From assembly GCA_963422645.2 (NCBI GenBank), contig CAXXVO010000014.1, positions 256,001 to 320,000 of the forward strand: 64,000 nt of DNA. Reading direction: 5' to 3'. The notes beneath the pieces are model-generated. The model was not told the origin of the DNA. It saw nothing but the letters and a program-made list of their open reading frames with translations, and did not search any database. The DNA is from Alphaproteobacteria bacterium (lineage in GTDB: Bacteria; Pseudomonadota; Alphaproteobacteria; UBA828). The stretch's first letter is position 1. Each line of letters begins with the position of its first letter. This document shows, piece by piece, positions 29,935-40,806 of this stretch. A program made the translations under genes and the position numbers.

Positions 29935-30334
29935 CACCAACATCTTGATCGGCGCCCTGATCACCAAGGGCACCCCACCGGACAACTTGTATCAGGCCTG
30001 GCTCCGCGGCGAGATCGAGCTTGTGACATCCACCGCGCAGATTCGTGAACTGGCCGATGTCCTCGCCAGAGAGCGTCTCCAGAGCTTTCTCGACGCCGAT
30101 GAGGCAGCGGCCATAATCGAAAACATCGGTACCCGCGCTGTCATCCTCGATGAACTCCCGAGCGTGTCTCACTCTCCCGATCCCATGGACAATGAGGTTT
30201 TGGCGACGGCTATCGCTGGAGGCGTCGACCTGATCGTCTCCGGAGACAAGAAGCACATGCTTGCGCTCCGGGAAGTCGATGACATTCCTATTGTCACCGC
30301 TCGCCAGGCTCTGGAGCTGCTGCGTCAGGTCTGA
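29918..30334 (+). CDS. PIN-domain putative toxin
   Basis: RVVLDTNILI, SPDPMDNEVL, LIVSGDKKHML. Confidence 0.88.
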   Translation: MRVVLDTNILIGALITKGTPPDNLYQAWLRGEIELVTSTAQIRELADVLARERLQSFLDADEAAAIIENIGTRAVILDELPSVSHSPDPMDNEVLATAIAGGVDLIVSGDKKHMLALREVDDIPIVTARQALELLRQV

Positions 30335-30397
30335 TAACCGGAGCGACTCCGCGGCTGCCGCCAGGGCAGCGCGTGATCGCCGTACGTCGCGATCAGA

Positions 30398-31645
30398 TCA
30401 CGAGCGGGCCGTGTCCGCGCCGATGTGTGTGGCCAAATGGTCGGTGAGGTCGCGGGCATCGTCCGCGGTGCCGTGGATGAAGCTCGACTTGCGGCGGCGC
30501 AGGAAGTTGAGGCCGATGCGGTAGACGCCCGGCGCCTCCGTCACCACGCCGCCGTCGTGGCGCAGCCGGCCCTTGCGGTCGAAGACGGGAAGATCGACCC
30601 AGGAATGATCCGGCTCGTATCCGGTCGCCCAGATCACCGTCCGCGTCCCTTCGCTGGCGAGGTCGAGGGTCAGCGGCGGCGAGTCCTCCACCCGTGTCGG
30701 CTCGAAGCGGTGCGGCGGCTCGAATTCGTCGCCGCACCCCTTCTCGTCGACCCATTCGTCGATGGTGTCGAGCAGCCGGCCCTGTTTCAGATCCGCGAGG
30801 TTGCACTTGTTGCGGAGCGAGCCCGAGAACTGCGCCTTGCCCTCCGAGAACCCGGCGATCGAGCCCACGAGCCGCACCCCGCGGGCGGTGAGGTCGTTGA
30901 GATTGAGCGTGGCCCGCTCGGGCGTGCCGACGAGTTGCGGGGACGGAACCCGGCGCGCGCGGAGGATGTCGTCCACCTCGTCGTAACGCTCGTCGTGCAG
31001 TCCGGTGCGGTCCATCCACCACAGGATGTCCTTGCCGCGATAGGTGCGCGGCATGCGCACGTGCTCGCCCACGGCGAGGGTCACGGGGCGGCCCGAGCGG
31101 TGCACCTCGTCGGCGATCTGGACGCCGGTCGCGGACGCGCCCACCACCAGCACGGCGCCCTCCGGCAAGGCAGACGGCCGCGTATAGTCCATCGGCGTCA
31201 CGGATTCGATGGTGTCGGGAAGCGCCGCCGCGACGGGCGGAAACTTCGGAATGTTGAAGCCGCCGGAGGCGATCACCACGCACGCGCAGCGCCAGGTGCC
31301 CCGGTCCGTGACCACCTCGTAGCCGTCGCCGTACTTCGTGAGCGATTCGACGGTGGTGCCGGTTTCCAGCGGTGGCGCAACCAGCCGGGCGTAGCGCTCG
31401 ATGAACGCCACCACCTCGGCCGCGGTCATGAAGCCGTCGGGATCGTCGCCGTCGTAGGCGAGGCCGGGCACCCGGGTCTGCCAGTTCGGCGTGAGCAGAC
31501 GGAGCGATTCCCAGCGCTCCGTCCGCCACGTGTGGGCCACCTCGCCGCGCTCGATCACCACATGGTCGATCGCACGCGCGGCGAGGCAATGGCTCACGGC
31601 GAGGCCGGCATGACCGGCCCCGACCACGATGGTCGTCGTCTGCAT
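30398..31645 (-). CDS. flavin-dependent oxidoreductase / monooxygenase-like
   Basis: VVGAGHAG, ERWESLRLLTPNW, VVGASATG, IWATGY. Confidence 0.85.
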   Translation of the reverse strand: MQTTTIVVGAGHAGLAVSHCLAARAIDHVVIERGEVAHTWRTERWESLRLLTPNWQTRVPGLAYDGDDPDGFMTAAEVVAFIERYARLVAPPLETGTTVESLTKYGDGYEVVTDRGTWRCACVVIASGGFNIPKFPPVAAALPDTIESVTPMDYTRPSALPEGAVLVVGASATGVQIADEVHRSGRPVTLAVGEHVRMPRTYRGKDILWWMDRTGLHDERYDEVDDILRARRVPSPQLVGTPERATLNLNDLTARGVRLVGSIAGFSEGKAQFSGSLRNKCNLADLKQGRLLDTIDEWVDEKGCGDEFEPPHRFEPTRVEDSPPLTLDLASEGTRTVIWATGYEPDHSWVDLPVFDRKGRLRHDGGVVTEAPGVYRIGLNFLRRRKSSFIHGTADDARDLTDHLATHIGADTARS

Positions 31646-31653
31646 GACGCCGG

Positions 31654-32217
31654 TCAGTTGACCTCGACGGTGACGTTCGTGGGATTGGTCAGGATATCGT
31701 ACACCGCCGAGCGCTTCTGCGACTGGGCGACCAGCGCCTCGATATCGGCAGGCGTGGCGTCGGCGTCGATATCGTAGCTGACCTTGACGTTGCTGAAGCC
31801 GTTCCGGACTTCCGGATCGGCACCCAGGATGCCCGCGATATCCATGTCGGCTTCGACCGTGGCCTTGACCGAACGCAGCTGAATCTCTCTCACCTGCGCG
31901 ACGGCGGCGACGCCCGCGGTCAGGCAGCTCGCCAGGCCCGTGAGCACGATTTCCACCGGCGTGGCGGCGTTGTCCTCGGCCGCGAACACCAGGGGATGAT
32001 CGGACTCGAACGAGTAGCTCGCCTTGTGGTCGTTCTCCTGGCCGAGGCCGAAATAGCCTTCCACCTGTGTCTTGCTGTGCGTGCCGTGGAGCCACTCGTT
32101 GGTGACCCGCCACTTGAACTGGCCTGCTTCGGGCTGGTCGCCCAGGATGTTGCGGGCGCCGAGCAGATGCTCGACGTTGACGCCGTTAAGGCCGGGGGGT
32201 GTGCTGGTGTCGGACAT
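31654..32217 (-). CDS. OsmC family protein
   Basis: NGVNVEHL, DHPLVF, TPVEIVLTGLASCL, SAVYDILTNP. Confidence 0.85.
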   Translation of the reverse strand: MSDTSTPPGLNGVNVEHLLGARNILGDQPEAGQFKWRVTNEWLHGTHSKTQVEGYFGLGQENDHKASYSFESDHPLVFAAEDNAATPVEIVLTGLASCLTAGVAAVAQVREIQLRSVKATVEADMDIAGILGADPEVRNGFSNVKVSYDIDADATPADIEALVAQSQKRSAVYDILTNPTNVTVEVN

Positions 32218-32643
32218 GTGACTTCTCCTGTTGAGCATGGTTGTCGGGCGTTGGTACCGCTCCTCTCGGCGGCGGTGCCAGAGGCTTCGAGGACCGCGAG
32301 GCCCCCATCGGTCTCACCCGGTGGGATCGGCTACGAGAGGTAGCCTAGGTACAGAGGCAGCAGGACGCGGCCCCCGGAGGGGCGAATGGTTGGGCACACA
32401 GAGTCATCATCCGGCGGTACTCCTCTCGTCTCCTACGCGCTCTACGAGCGCCGTGAGCGGAGCTCCGCCTCCGGCTAACTCATCGATCAGGCATTGGCAC
32501 CGCTCTCGGCGGTTGCCGCGGCTTCGAAGGGCCTGTCCCTCCACCGCTCTGGATGAGCGCGTCCTGTGCGCGGATGGAAACACAATCCGATCGGGGAGGT
32601 CAACAAATTGTCGCCGCGGCGGCGCACCGCCGCGCGGGGCGTC

Positions 32644-33849
32644 TCAGGCCCCCGCCTTGGCCACGGCTGGCTGCGGCGCACCGGCTCCGCCGCTCGGCAG
32701 CCAGAAGGCGATGATGCCCACCAGCGCCGCCGAGCCGCCCAGTCCCACGAAGAGCCAGAGGAAGCCGCCGGAGACACCGTGGAGGCCCGCGACCAGCGGT
32801 GCCGCCACCGCGCTCGCGCCAAGGCCCAGCAGGAACTTGACGCCGAAGATCCGCGCCCGCCAGCTTTCCGCCGTGTAGCGCGTGACCAGCGCGTCCTGAA
32901 TCGGAATCTCGCCCACCACCACCATCATCATGGCCAGGGCGACAATGATCAGTCCGTGTCCCGCGAGCACGCCGGCGGCGGCGATCAGCGGCGCCTGGGC
33001 GAAGAGCACCGCGATCCAGACCGGCTTCGCCGGGTAGCGGTCGATCAGCCAGCCGACCCCGATCTGGGCGAAGGCGGCGATGGCGATGACGACCGAGACC
33101 AGCCCGCCGATACCGAGGGCGCTGTCGGTGATGCCGGTGAGCCCGTCGTCGAAGAGCTTGGGGAGCGCGATGGTCGTGGTCTGGAAGGTGAGCCCGGTGA
33201 GCGTCGTCGCAATGCCGATCACCAGCACCAGCCGCAGCAGGGTGCCCGAGGGCTGGCCCCATCGCCCACCCACGGTGGGGCGGGAGGGCGCCGCGTCGAT
33301 GTTGCGCCATTGCCGGCAGACCGCGATGAACCAGAGCCCGACGACCAGCGAGACCGCGCCCGGCACCATGAAGGCCGCGCGCCAGCTGATCGCATCGCTC
33401 AGCGCCGCCGCGACGATCGCCGCCGCCGCAAGCCCGAAGTTCCCGGCGACCCCGTTGATGCCGAGCAGCTTGCCGACCTTCTCCCGCCCCTCGACCAGCA
33501 TGGCGATGCCGACGGGATGATAGATCGAGGCGAAGAGGCCGATCAGTGTGAGCCCGCCCGCCAGCTCGAAGGGCGTGCGCGCGAACCCGGTGAGGATGGA
33601 CGCGGCCCCGATGCCGACGAAGAAGATCGCGAGCATCGCGGGCCGGCTCCAGCGGTCCCCGAGCCAGCCCGCCGGCAGTGTGCCTGCGGCGAAGGCGATG
33701 AAGCCGGGCACCGCGAGTGAAAGAAGCTCGCCGTAGGAGCGGTCGAACACCCCTTCGAGAGTGAGCACCACCGTCGGGTAGAGCAGCAGGAAGAGGTGGT
33801 CGAGCCCGTGCCCAACGTTGATGAAGAGAATGCGGGAGCGGTCCGACAT
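32644..33849 (-). CDS. MFS transporter
   Basis: GHGLDH, GWLGDRWSR motif A, about 12 TM segments. Confidence 0.88.
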   Translation of the reverse strand: MSDRSRILFINVGHGLDHLFLLLYPTVVLTLEGVFDRSYGELLSLAVPGFIAFAAGTLPAGWLGDRWSRPAMLAIFFVGIGAASILTGFARTPFELAGGLTLIGLFASIYHPVGIAMLVEGREKVGKLLGINGVAGNFGLAAAAIVAAALSDAISWRAAFMVPGAVSLVVGLWFIAVCRQWRNIDAAPSRPTVGGRWGQPSGTLLRLVLVIGIATTLTGLTFQTTTIALPKLFDDGLTGITDSALGIGGLVSVVIAIAAFAQIGVGWLIDRYPAKPVWIAVLFAQAPLIAAAGVLAGHGLIIVALAMMMVVVGEIPIQDALVTRYTAESWRARIFGVKFLLGLGASAVAAPLVAGLHGVSGGFLWLFVGLGGSAALVGIIAFWLPSGGAGAPQPAVAKAGA

Positions 33850-33960
33850 CGCGTCCTCAGCCGCAGGGCACCGGCGAGACTCCCCCGGCGGGACTCACCC
33901 CTGGCCGGTCGTCCGGTGCCGGGGGCCGGGCCGCACCCGCGACGCGGGACGGGCACGCTA

Positions 33961-34034
33961 TGGAGCGGGTGAAGGGAATCGAACCCTCGTCGTAAGCTTG
34001 GGAAGCTTCTGCTCTACCATTGAGCTACACCCGC
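33961..34034 (-). tRNA. tRNA-Gly (CCC)
   Basis: GCGGGTGTAGCTCAATGGTAGAGCAGAAGCTTCCCAAGCTTACGACGAGGGTTCGATTCCCTTCACCCGCTCCA; full cloverleaf with encoded CCA. Confidence 0.97.
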
Positions 34035-34100
34035 CCACCTCGCGAGGATAGGGGCCCCACACGCCCCCGGCAAGCAAGTCGGCCGCCGAGCCCGGGTGCG

Positions 34101-34709
34101 TCATCGCCGCGCCCTCGGCGTCCTGTTCCTGTGGGCGATGCGTCCCTCCTTTTGGGATAGCGCCTCTTCGATCAGCTCCTCCCTCGAGTGCAGGAGATCG
34201 CCTGCGGGCAGCCCCACGGAGTCCAGCAAGCGGTCCATGGCGTCGTCGTGGGGCTCGAGTGCGCCGTCCGCGAGGATGTGGGTCACGGTGACGCCGCGCT
34301 CGGCGAGGCTGCGGCCGACCAGCAGCGTTCGGTGGCAGTCGAGCGGCTCCCTCTCCGCGCACATCAGGGCAAGGCGCTCGACCTCTGCCCTCTCCACCAC
34401 CTGATCGATCCCCTCGCGGTAGAGCGGCGTTCGTGCCAGGCGGTCGTAGCGCACGCGCCCCTTCTCGTAGCACGAGCGATCTTCGGGGCGCCCACCGAGC
34501 GCGTGCCCCATGAAGAGATACGCGATGTTGTGCGCTTGCAGCGCGGCGTCGAGGGACTTGCGGTTGAAGTGCGGATTGAAGCGGCTGTAGGGCGCCGAGC
34601 GGACGTCGGCGAGTGTCGTCACATCGTGTTGCCGAAGCAGCGAGACGAAGGTCTCCAGCGGGTGGTTGGAATGCCCGACGGTCAGAACGCGCGTCTCAAT
34701 CACGGTCAT
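34101..34709 (-). CDS. DUF488 family protein
   Basis: TVGHSNH, DVRSAPYS, LGGRP, LMCAEREPLDCHR. Confidence 0.9.
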   Translation of the reverse strand: MTVIETRVLTVGHSNHPLETFVSLLRQHDVTTLADVRSAPYSRFNPHFNRKSLDAALQAHNIAYLFMGHALGGRPEDRSCYEKGRVRYDRLARTPLYREGIDQVVERAEVERLALMCAEREPLDCHRTLLVGRSLAERGVTVTHILADGALEPHDDAMDRLLDSVGLPAGDLLHSREELIEEALSQKEGRIAHRNRTPRARR

Positions 34710-34822
34710 GGGGCCATTCCACCGTCGGGCCGGTCGATGCCCTGTTTCGGGCGATGGCGTTTCGCGTGGGCATGTGGTGAGGTGCGCCCAGCACCGCAAC
34801 ACAGGGCTGAAGGAGGGGAACG

Positions 34823-35248
34823 ATGACACAGGACGCCACGGCGGAAGGCTTGGAGGCTGCCTTCCACGCATGGGCGCGCGGGCTCAACGAGGGCGACCTC
34901 GACGCCTTCTGGAGCGCCTTCGACGACGGCGCCGAGATTCTGGACGAGGACTACCCCTGGCGGATGACGCTGGAGGAGTTCAAGGACCATATCGATTTCC
35001 ACGCCGGCGGCGAGGGGATGTGGGAGCACTTCAAGTGGATCCCGCGGGAGCTGAACGTCAAGGTCTGGGGCACCACGGGCCATGTCAGCGGTTTCTCGAC
35101 CTTCCGCGGCAAGCCGCGCGACGCCGGCTTCCGGCAGCGCTTCATGGGTTTCACCCAGACCTGGTACCACAAGGACGGCAAGTGGCTTCAGGTCTGCTGG
35201 CATCAGAGCCCCTTGCTCGGTCGCATCCACGGCGCATCGCCTAGCTGA
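34823..35248 (+). CDS. NTF2/SnoaL-like protein
   Basis: 141 aa, W...N.GDLD start, GKWLQVCWHQS end; strong RBS. Confidence 0.8.
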   Translation: MTQDATAEGLEAAFHAWARGLNEGDLDAFWSAFDDGAEILDEDYPWRMTLEEFKDHIDFHAGGEGMWEHFKWIPRELNVKVWGTTGHVSGFSTFRGKPRDAGFRQRFMGFTQTWYHKDGKWLQVCWHQSPLLGRIHGASPS

Positions 35249-35320
35249 CCGCCGCGACCAGCCTGCGTTAGCCAAGGCGGTCGCCGACCGCTGCCGCCCG
35301 GCCTTCGTGGCCTGACGCCG

Positions 35321-37219
35321 TCACGCATCGTCGCGGGCCCGCTCGCGCGCGGCCAAGGCCCACGGTGCGAACTCGGGCGGACGCGGCGCGGGGAGGCCTG
35401 TCTCCTCCTCGCAGCGGGCCACGATCTCCTCGATGTCGCCGCCCATGTCGAAGAGATCGGGGGTGCCCCGCTCCAGCTGCATGCTCTCACGCAGCGCCCG
35501 CGTGGCTTCTTCGTCGACGGCAAAGTCCTCGTCCACGACCACGCCGTAACGTCGAGCGCCTGCGATCGTGACGAGGCCGGCTGCCGCGTCGAATGCGACT
35601 TGCTCGACCGGACGCTCCAGCGGATCGCCCCAGCCACCGCCGCCCCACGTGCAGTAGTGCACGACATCCCCCGGCTCGACCCGCACGCGATCGCACTTCG
35701 AGGGAAGAACCTCGATCCTTCCATCCCTGCGCTCGACGTATTTCCGGCTTCGCGCGCCCGGCAGCCCGCCCCTCACGCCCCACGGGTACGAGAGCCAGCG
35801 ATCGTCATGGATTGAAACGTCGCCGGCATTGAGGGTGCGATAGGCGGTGTGCACGCCGTTGCCGCCGCGGTGCAGCCCGGGGCCTCCCGAATCGGGGATC
35901 ACCTCGTGGGCGTCCATGCGCAGCGGGCAAATCGCTTCGAGATACTCGCAGGGCACATTCGTGAAATCCGGCCACATGCCGTGGCCATCGGCGCCATCGC
36001 CCGAGGGCGCGGCGGCGATGCCGCCGAACGCGATGTGGAAGAGCTGGAACCACTCGCCGCGCGAATCGTATCCCGAATAGAGGAAATGCGGGCTCGCCGA
36101 GAATCCGGCCGCGCACATGTAGTCGGGGTTGCTCTGCCCGAAGAGCCCGGCGAGCACATCCATGCAGCGCGCCAGACCGTGCGTTCTGCAGGAGAGCGCC
36201 GCAGGCCTGATGGGCTTGTAGAGCGTGCCTTCGGGAATGCGCACATCCATCAGATCGTAAAAGCCGTCGTTGAAAAGAATCTGAGGGTCCGCGAGCATGA
36301 TGAGGAAAACGCCGCAATGCATCTTGGTCATTTCTTCGTTGCAATAGAAATTAATCGAGCTCTGCGACTGCGGATCGGTTCCCTCGAAATCGATGATCAA
36401 CTTGTCGTCTTCGCGCCACATGGTGCAGGCGATCTTGTAGGGGCCCATGCCGACGCCGTCGTCGTCCAAGTAATCCTCGAAGTACTGCTTTTCCTCTGAG
36501 ATGCCCGTCAGGATGATGTGGCGCATCGCCCGGCGCGTTCGCTCCAGCAGCTCCTCCAATGCGGAATAATAGATGTCGTCGCCGAAGCGGTCGGAGAGTT
36601 CGATGACGCGTATCGCCGCGAGACGACAGCCTGCGATTAACGCGTCAAGATCGCTCCGGTTCCAGTGCGGCATGCGGCAGTTGCGCAGGATGAGCTGCAG
36701 AATTTCTTCCTGACGCTCACCGCGCCGATAGATCTTGGTCGGCGGGATGATGATGCCCTCTTCGAAAATCTGCTGCGCATCCGTCGGCATGCTGCCGGGG
36801 ACGCGGCCTCCCGTATCGGTCATGTGGCCGAACATCGCGGCCCAGCCGATCACCCGGCCCTTCTTGAAGATTGGCAGCAATACCAGCCAATCGGGCGTGT
36901 GGCTGATGGCGCCGTCGCAGGAATAGGGATCGTTGGTGAGAAAGACGTCGCCCTCGTGAATCTCTCCTTCGTAGGAATTGAGGAACACGTTGATGAAGGC
37001 GCCGAACTGACCGACCACCATCTTGCCGTCGCGGTTTGCGATCAGGGGAAACTCGTCGTGCTGCTCACGGATACCGGGCGACATGGCGGTGCGGAAGAGA
37101 ACGGCATCCATCTCGTGACGCGCGTTGCGCAGCGCGTTCTCGATGATGTCGAGATCGACCGGATCGACGTCGACCCGGCGAAAGGGTGTGTGACTGCTCT
37201 CGATGACGGTTGCCGCCAT
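35321..37219 (-). CDS. hydantoinase B / oxoprolinase family protein
   Basis: TNDPY, HTPD, GHMTDTGGRVPGS, DSGGPGLHRGG, GGGGWGDP. Confidence 0.93.
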   Translation of the reverse strand: MAATVIESSHTPFRRVDVDPVDLDIIENALRNARHEMDAVLFRTAMSPGIREQHDEFPLIANRDGKMVVGQFGAFINVFLNSYEGEIHEGDVFLTNDPYSCDGAISHTPDWLVLLPIFKKGRVIGWAAMFGHMTDTGGRVPGSMPTDAQQIFEEGIIIPPTKIYRRGERQEEILQLILRNCRMPHWNRSDLDALIAGCRLAAIRVIELSDRFGDDIYYSALEELLERTRRAMRHIILTGISEEKQYFEDYLDDDGVGMGPYKIACTMWREDDKLIIDFEGTDPQSQSSINFYCNEEMTKMHCGVFLIMLADPQILFNDGFYDLMDVRIPEGTLYKPIRPAALSCRTHGLARCMDVLAGLFGQSNPDYMCAAGFSASPHFLYSGYDSRGEWFQLFHIAFGGIAAAPSGDGADGHGMWPDFTNVPCEYLEAICPLRMDAHEVIPDSGGPGLHRGGNGVHTAYRTLNAGDVSIHDDRWLSYPWGVRGGLPGARSRKYVERRDGRIEVLPSKCDRVRVEPGDVVHYCTWGGGGWGDPLERPVEQVAFDAAAGLVTIAGARRYGVVVDEDFAVDEEATRALRESMQLERGTPDLFDMGGDIEEIVARCEEETGLPAPRPPEFAPWALAARERARDDA

Positions 37220-37232
37220 GGTCGTCCCTCGC

Positions 37233-39292
37233 TCACGCCGCCCGCGGGCGAATCAGAATGTTCCCGATTTCGTCGATTTCACCATCATGGCCCGGCAACA
37301 GGACCGTGGTGGAATCGAGCTGCATCACGATCGCCGGGCCCTCGAGGACATTGCCTGCCACGAGCTTGGCGCGGTCGTAGACCGGCACGTCGCGATGGGC
37401 ACTCTCTCGACGTAGACGGTCTGGCTTCCCACCCGAGCGGCGGAGGCGTCGCGCGTGCCGGGCGCCATGCGCGGTGCGCGAAGGGGCGTCTCCTTGCCTT
37501 GCACGATGGCGCGCAGGTTGATGATCTCCCGGTCCATGTCGAGCGCGAAGGTGTAGAGACGTTCGTGTAGCGCATCGAATTCCTTTTCGATGCAATCGAG
37601 ACCGCGTCGGCGGAGGTCCTCCATCTCCACAATCACCGTCAGATGAAGGACCTGACCTGCATAGCGGATGTCGATCTCGAAGTGTGCAGATTGATCGGAG
37701 CGGGGGATACCCTCGGCATCGAGGGACTTCGAGGCCTGTTCCGCGAGCTCCTCCAGAATCGCCAGGACGTCAGCATGACTGGTCTCCGAGAACCGCCGCA
37801 TGAGGCTGCGCGATGCTTCGTCCCTGGTTCGAGTCGTCGCGTCACCATAGGCGCAGAGCACGCCGGGACTCGGCGGCACGATCACCGGCCAGCACCCGAG
37901 TATTCGCGCCAACGCGTTGGCATGCATCGGGCCTGCGCCGCCGAACGCGACCAGCGCAAAATCACGCGGATCGAAGCCCTGCTGCACGGATACGAGGCGC
38001 AGCGCGCCGATCATGGTCTCGTTGACGATGTCGTAGATGCCCGCGGCGGCGCGCTCCGTCGAGAAACCCAATGCGCTCGCAATCTTGCCGACTGCGTCCG
38101 CCGACTTTTCCCGGTCGAGTGCGAGGTCGCCGCCGAGCAGCGACGCTTCGGGCAAATGGCCGAGGACGATATTCGCGTCGGTCACGGTCGGCTCCATGCC
38201 TCCCTTGCCGTAGCCCGCCGGGCCAGGATCTGCGCCGGCGCTCTCCGGCCCCACGCGAAGCGCCTTCGTCAGCGCGGGCACATGCGCAATCGAGCCGCCG
38301 CCCGCACCGACCGAGCGCACGTCGACCGACGAGGCGCGCACGGTGAGATCGCCGACCGTCGTCTCGCGCCGGATTTGCGCGACACCGTCCCTGACGAGGC
38401 ACACGTCCGTCGAGGTGCCCCCCATGTCGAAGGTGAGAAGGTTGTCGAAACCGGCTTGCCGCGCGATCCAGAGCGCGCCGGTGACGCCGCCGGCGGGTCC
38501 GCTCATCAGCAGATTGACAGGAACCGTCTCGGCGCCCACCGGCGAGGTCAGGCCTCCGTCGGAGCGCAAGATGTGCAGATTGACGTCACCGGATATCGTG
38601 CCCAGCTCCCGGTTAAGGTTGCGGACGTAACGTGACACGATCGGACGAACGTACGAGTTGCATACCGTCGTTATCGTGCGTTCGTACTCCTGCATTTCGG
38701 GAATCACTTGGGAGGAGAGCGAGATTGGAATCCCGGGTAGCTCGTCTGCTGCTATGCGGCCGGCAGCCTTCTCATGCGAGTCATTGGTGTAAGAATTGAT
38801 CAGCGAAATGGTCAGTGCGTCGATCCCATTTTTCTTTAGCGATCGCAGTGATTCGCGCAGAGAGTCTTCGTCGAGTGTCTCGATGACTTCGCCTCTGGCG
38901 TCGATTCGCTCATGCGCTTCCACCGTTAGCGCCAGGGGCGCAAGAGGCGGTGTCTTGTTGAAGATAACCCAGGCGCCGAGACCGCCGGGGACGAAGGAGC
39001 GAGCGATTTGCAGGACATGCCGATAGCCCTTCGTCGTGACCAGGCCCACGCGCGCGCCCCTGCCGGTCAGGATCGCGTTGGTCGCGACCGTCGTACCGTG
39101 CATGACGTTCTGAATCGCGCTGGGCCCGATGTTGGCCAACTCGCAAACGCGGGCGATCCCATGCAGCACGCCAATCGATGAGTCTGCTGGGGTGGACGGG
39201 ACCTTGGCGACGTGAAAGCTGCTGTCCGCTTCGTTGATCAGGAGCACGTCCGTGAAGGTGCCTCCCACGTCGACTCCCAGCCGATAGGCCAT
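37233..39292 (-). CDS. hydantoinase A / oxoprolinase family protein, frameshifted near 37405
   Basis: GVDVGGTFTD, HGTTVATN, DMGGTSTD; conserved tail PVYDR...GPAIV..DSTT...GNILI is in another frame after a GAGAGAG run. Confidence 0.9.
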
Positions 39293-39517
39293 CGTCCCCT
39301 CACCTCGGTTGGTAACGGTCATTTCCCGTTCAGCCCGCCGGGCGCAAAGGCTACTTCCACCAGCGCCGCCGCACCAAGGGCTTTCCTGCCTCGCCGTTGC
39401 ATGAGCCGGGATCGGGATTGTTCTGCGAAAGGGGTCGCTCGCGCCGAGCCCCAATCCGGATTGGCTCGTCGCGAAAAGATGTTGCGCGATATTTCTAATT
39501 CATCGCGCGAGATAGAT

Positions 39518-39592
39518 TCAGACTTCCTGACCTCTGCTGATTTTAGGTGACACGAGCCGCGCGGATTCCGAGGCCCCGTCGATGTCGTAGAC
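39518..39592 (-). mobile_element. 75-bp remnant of the 3' end of the unclassified transposase element
   Basis: Identical to 53446-53520 (TCAGACTTCCTGACC...TCGTAGAC). Confidence 0.9.
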
Positions 39593-40084
39593 CTCGGCGC
39601 CCAGCGCCGGGGCGAGAGCCTGTTCTGGGCCTGCCCCAGCGCCGAGGGATGGACCCGCGGCACGCTCGCCGGCGCGGCCCTCGACTTCTCCTGGGCCGAT
39701 CCCGCCACCGGCGCCGCCGACTACGCCTGGCGCGGCCTCGCCACCTGGGACGCCTGGACCGGATGGGCGCTCCCCGGCGCGGGCTGGACGGCGGAGCCCA
39801 CCGTCTACACCTCCATGCCGGCGGCCCTCGGCCAGGACGGCGTCGTCTCGCTACTGACCTGGGAGTCCGATTCCCCTGTCCAGCCGACGGTGCGCGTGCG
39901 CGCCGCCGACTACCGCGACGACCTCGACGACGCCGCCTGGACCGGCTACGCCGCCGGCGACGCGATTACCGGTCGCGTGGTCCAGGTCGAGTGGACCTGG
40001 ACCTGGGAACGGGGGCAGATTCCCACCGTCAAGTACCTCTGCTTCGGCCTCGCCCGCGCCCATATCGCCGCGCCGGCGAGCTGA
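39593..40084 (+). pseudogene. 5'-truncated probable phage tail protein
   Basis: Open frame from the junction: LGAQRRGESLFWACPSAEGW...LATWDAWTGW...AAWTGYAAGDAITGRVVQVEW; no start codon. Confidence 0.55.
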
Positions 40085-40105
40085 GTGGGCGCGAAAGGAA
40101 ACCCA

Positions 40106-40801
40106 ATGACCGCATGGCCCACCCGGAAGATCGACACCACCCACCTCGACCAGGACAGCGATTCGCCCGCCCACGCCCGGGCCGCCATCAAGGCCATGGC
40201 CGACACAATCAACGCCATGATCGACGCCTTCGGCGATCCGAACGGCGTCGCCACCCTCGACGGCTCCGGCCTGCACCCCTTCCGCCAGATGCGGGGCGAG
40301 GTATTCACCGCCGCCGAGCGCACGCGGCTGGCCAACCTCAGCGAGCGCACGGCGCCGCCGCGTCCCGGGCCCGAGCCGGCGCCCCGGCCCACGCCGCGCG
40401 GGCGCAAGACCTTCACCGCGCCCGGCTCCGGGCACTGGCGCGCGCCCACGGGCGTGACCCGCGTGCGCGTGCAGTTGCGGGGCGGCGACGGCGGCGGCGC
40501 CGGCTTCATCTACTTCGAGATCGCGGTCTCGCCGGGCACCTCCTACAGCTTGACCGTGGGAGACAACGGCGTGGACGGAGCGCGATTGAGGGACGGCGGC
40601 GACGGCAGCAACACCGCCGTCCTCGGCGGCACGGCGCGCGGCGGCAAGGGCGGCAAGAGAGCGTATGGCCGACGCAACGGCGCAGACGGCGCAGACGGAA
40701 CCGCCTCCGCCCCCGCCGGCGCAAGCGGCGTCAGCCGACACACCCAGCTCACCGTGCCCTCCCCGGTCTCCGCCGGCTATATCGTCATCGAGTGGGGCTG
40801 A
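40106..40801 (+). CDS. phage tail-fibre-like protein with glycine-rich domain
   Basis: NGVATLDGSG motif, Pro-rich linker, TFTAPGSGHWRAPTGVTRVRVQLRGG...VSPGTSYSLTVG...GYIVIEW; AAGGA RBS. Confidence 0.75.
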   Translation: MTAWPTRKIDTTHLDQDSDSPAHARAAIKAMADTINAMIDAFGDPNGVATLDGSGLHPFRQMRGEVFTAAERTRLANLSERTAPPRPGPEPAPRPTPRGRKTFTAPGSGHWRAPTGVTRVRVQLRGGDGGGAGFIYFEIAVSPGTSYSLTVGDNGVDGARLRDGGDGSNTAVLGGTARGGKGGKRAYGRRNGADGADGTASAPAGASGVSRHTQLTVPSPVSAGYIVIEWG

Positions 40802-40806
40802 TCGCG

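Noticed and set aside
33961-34034. tRNA-Gly as an integration site
   Set aside because: No adjacent integrase and no duplicate of its 3' end seen in the window
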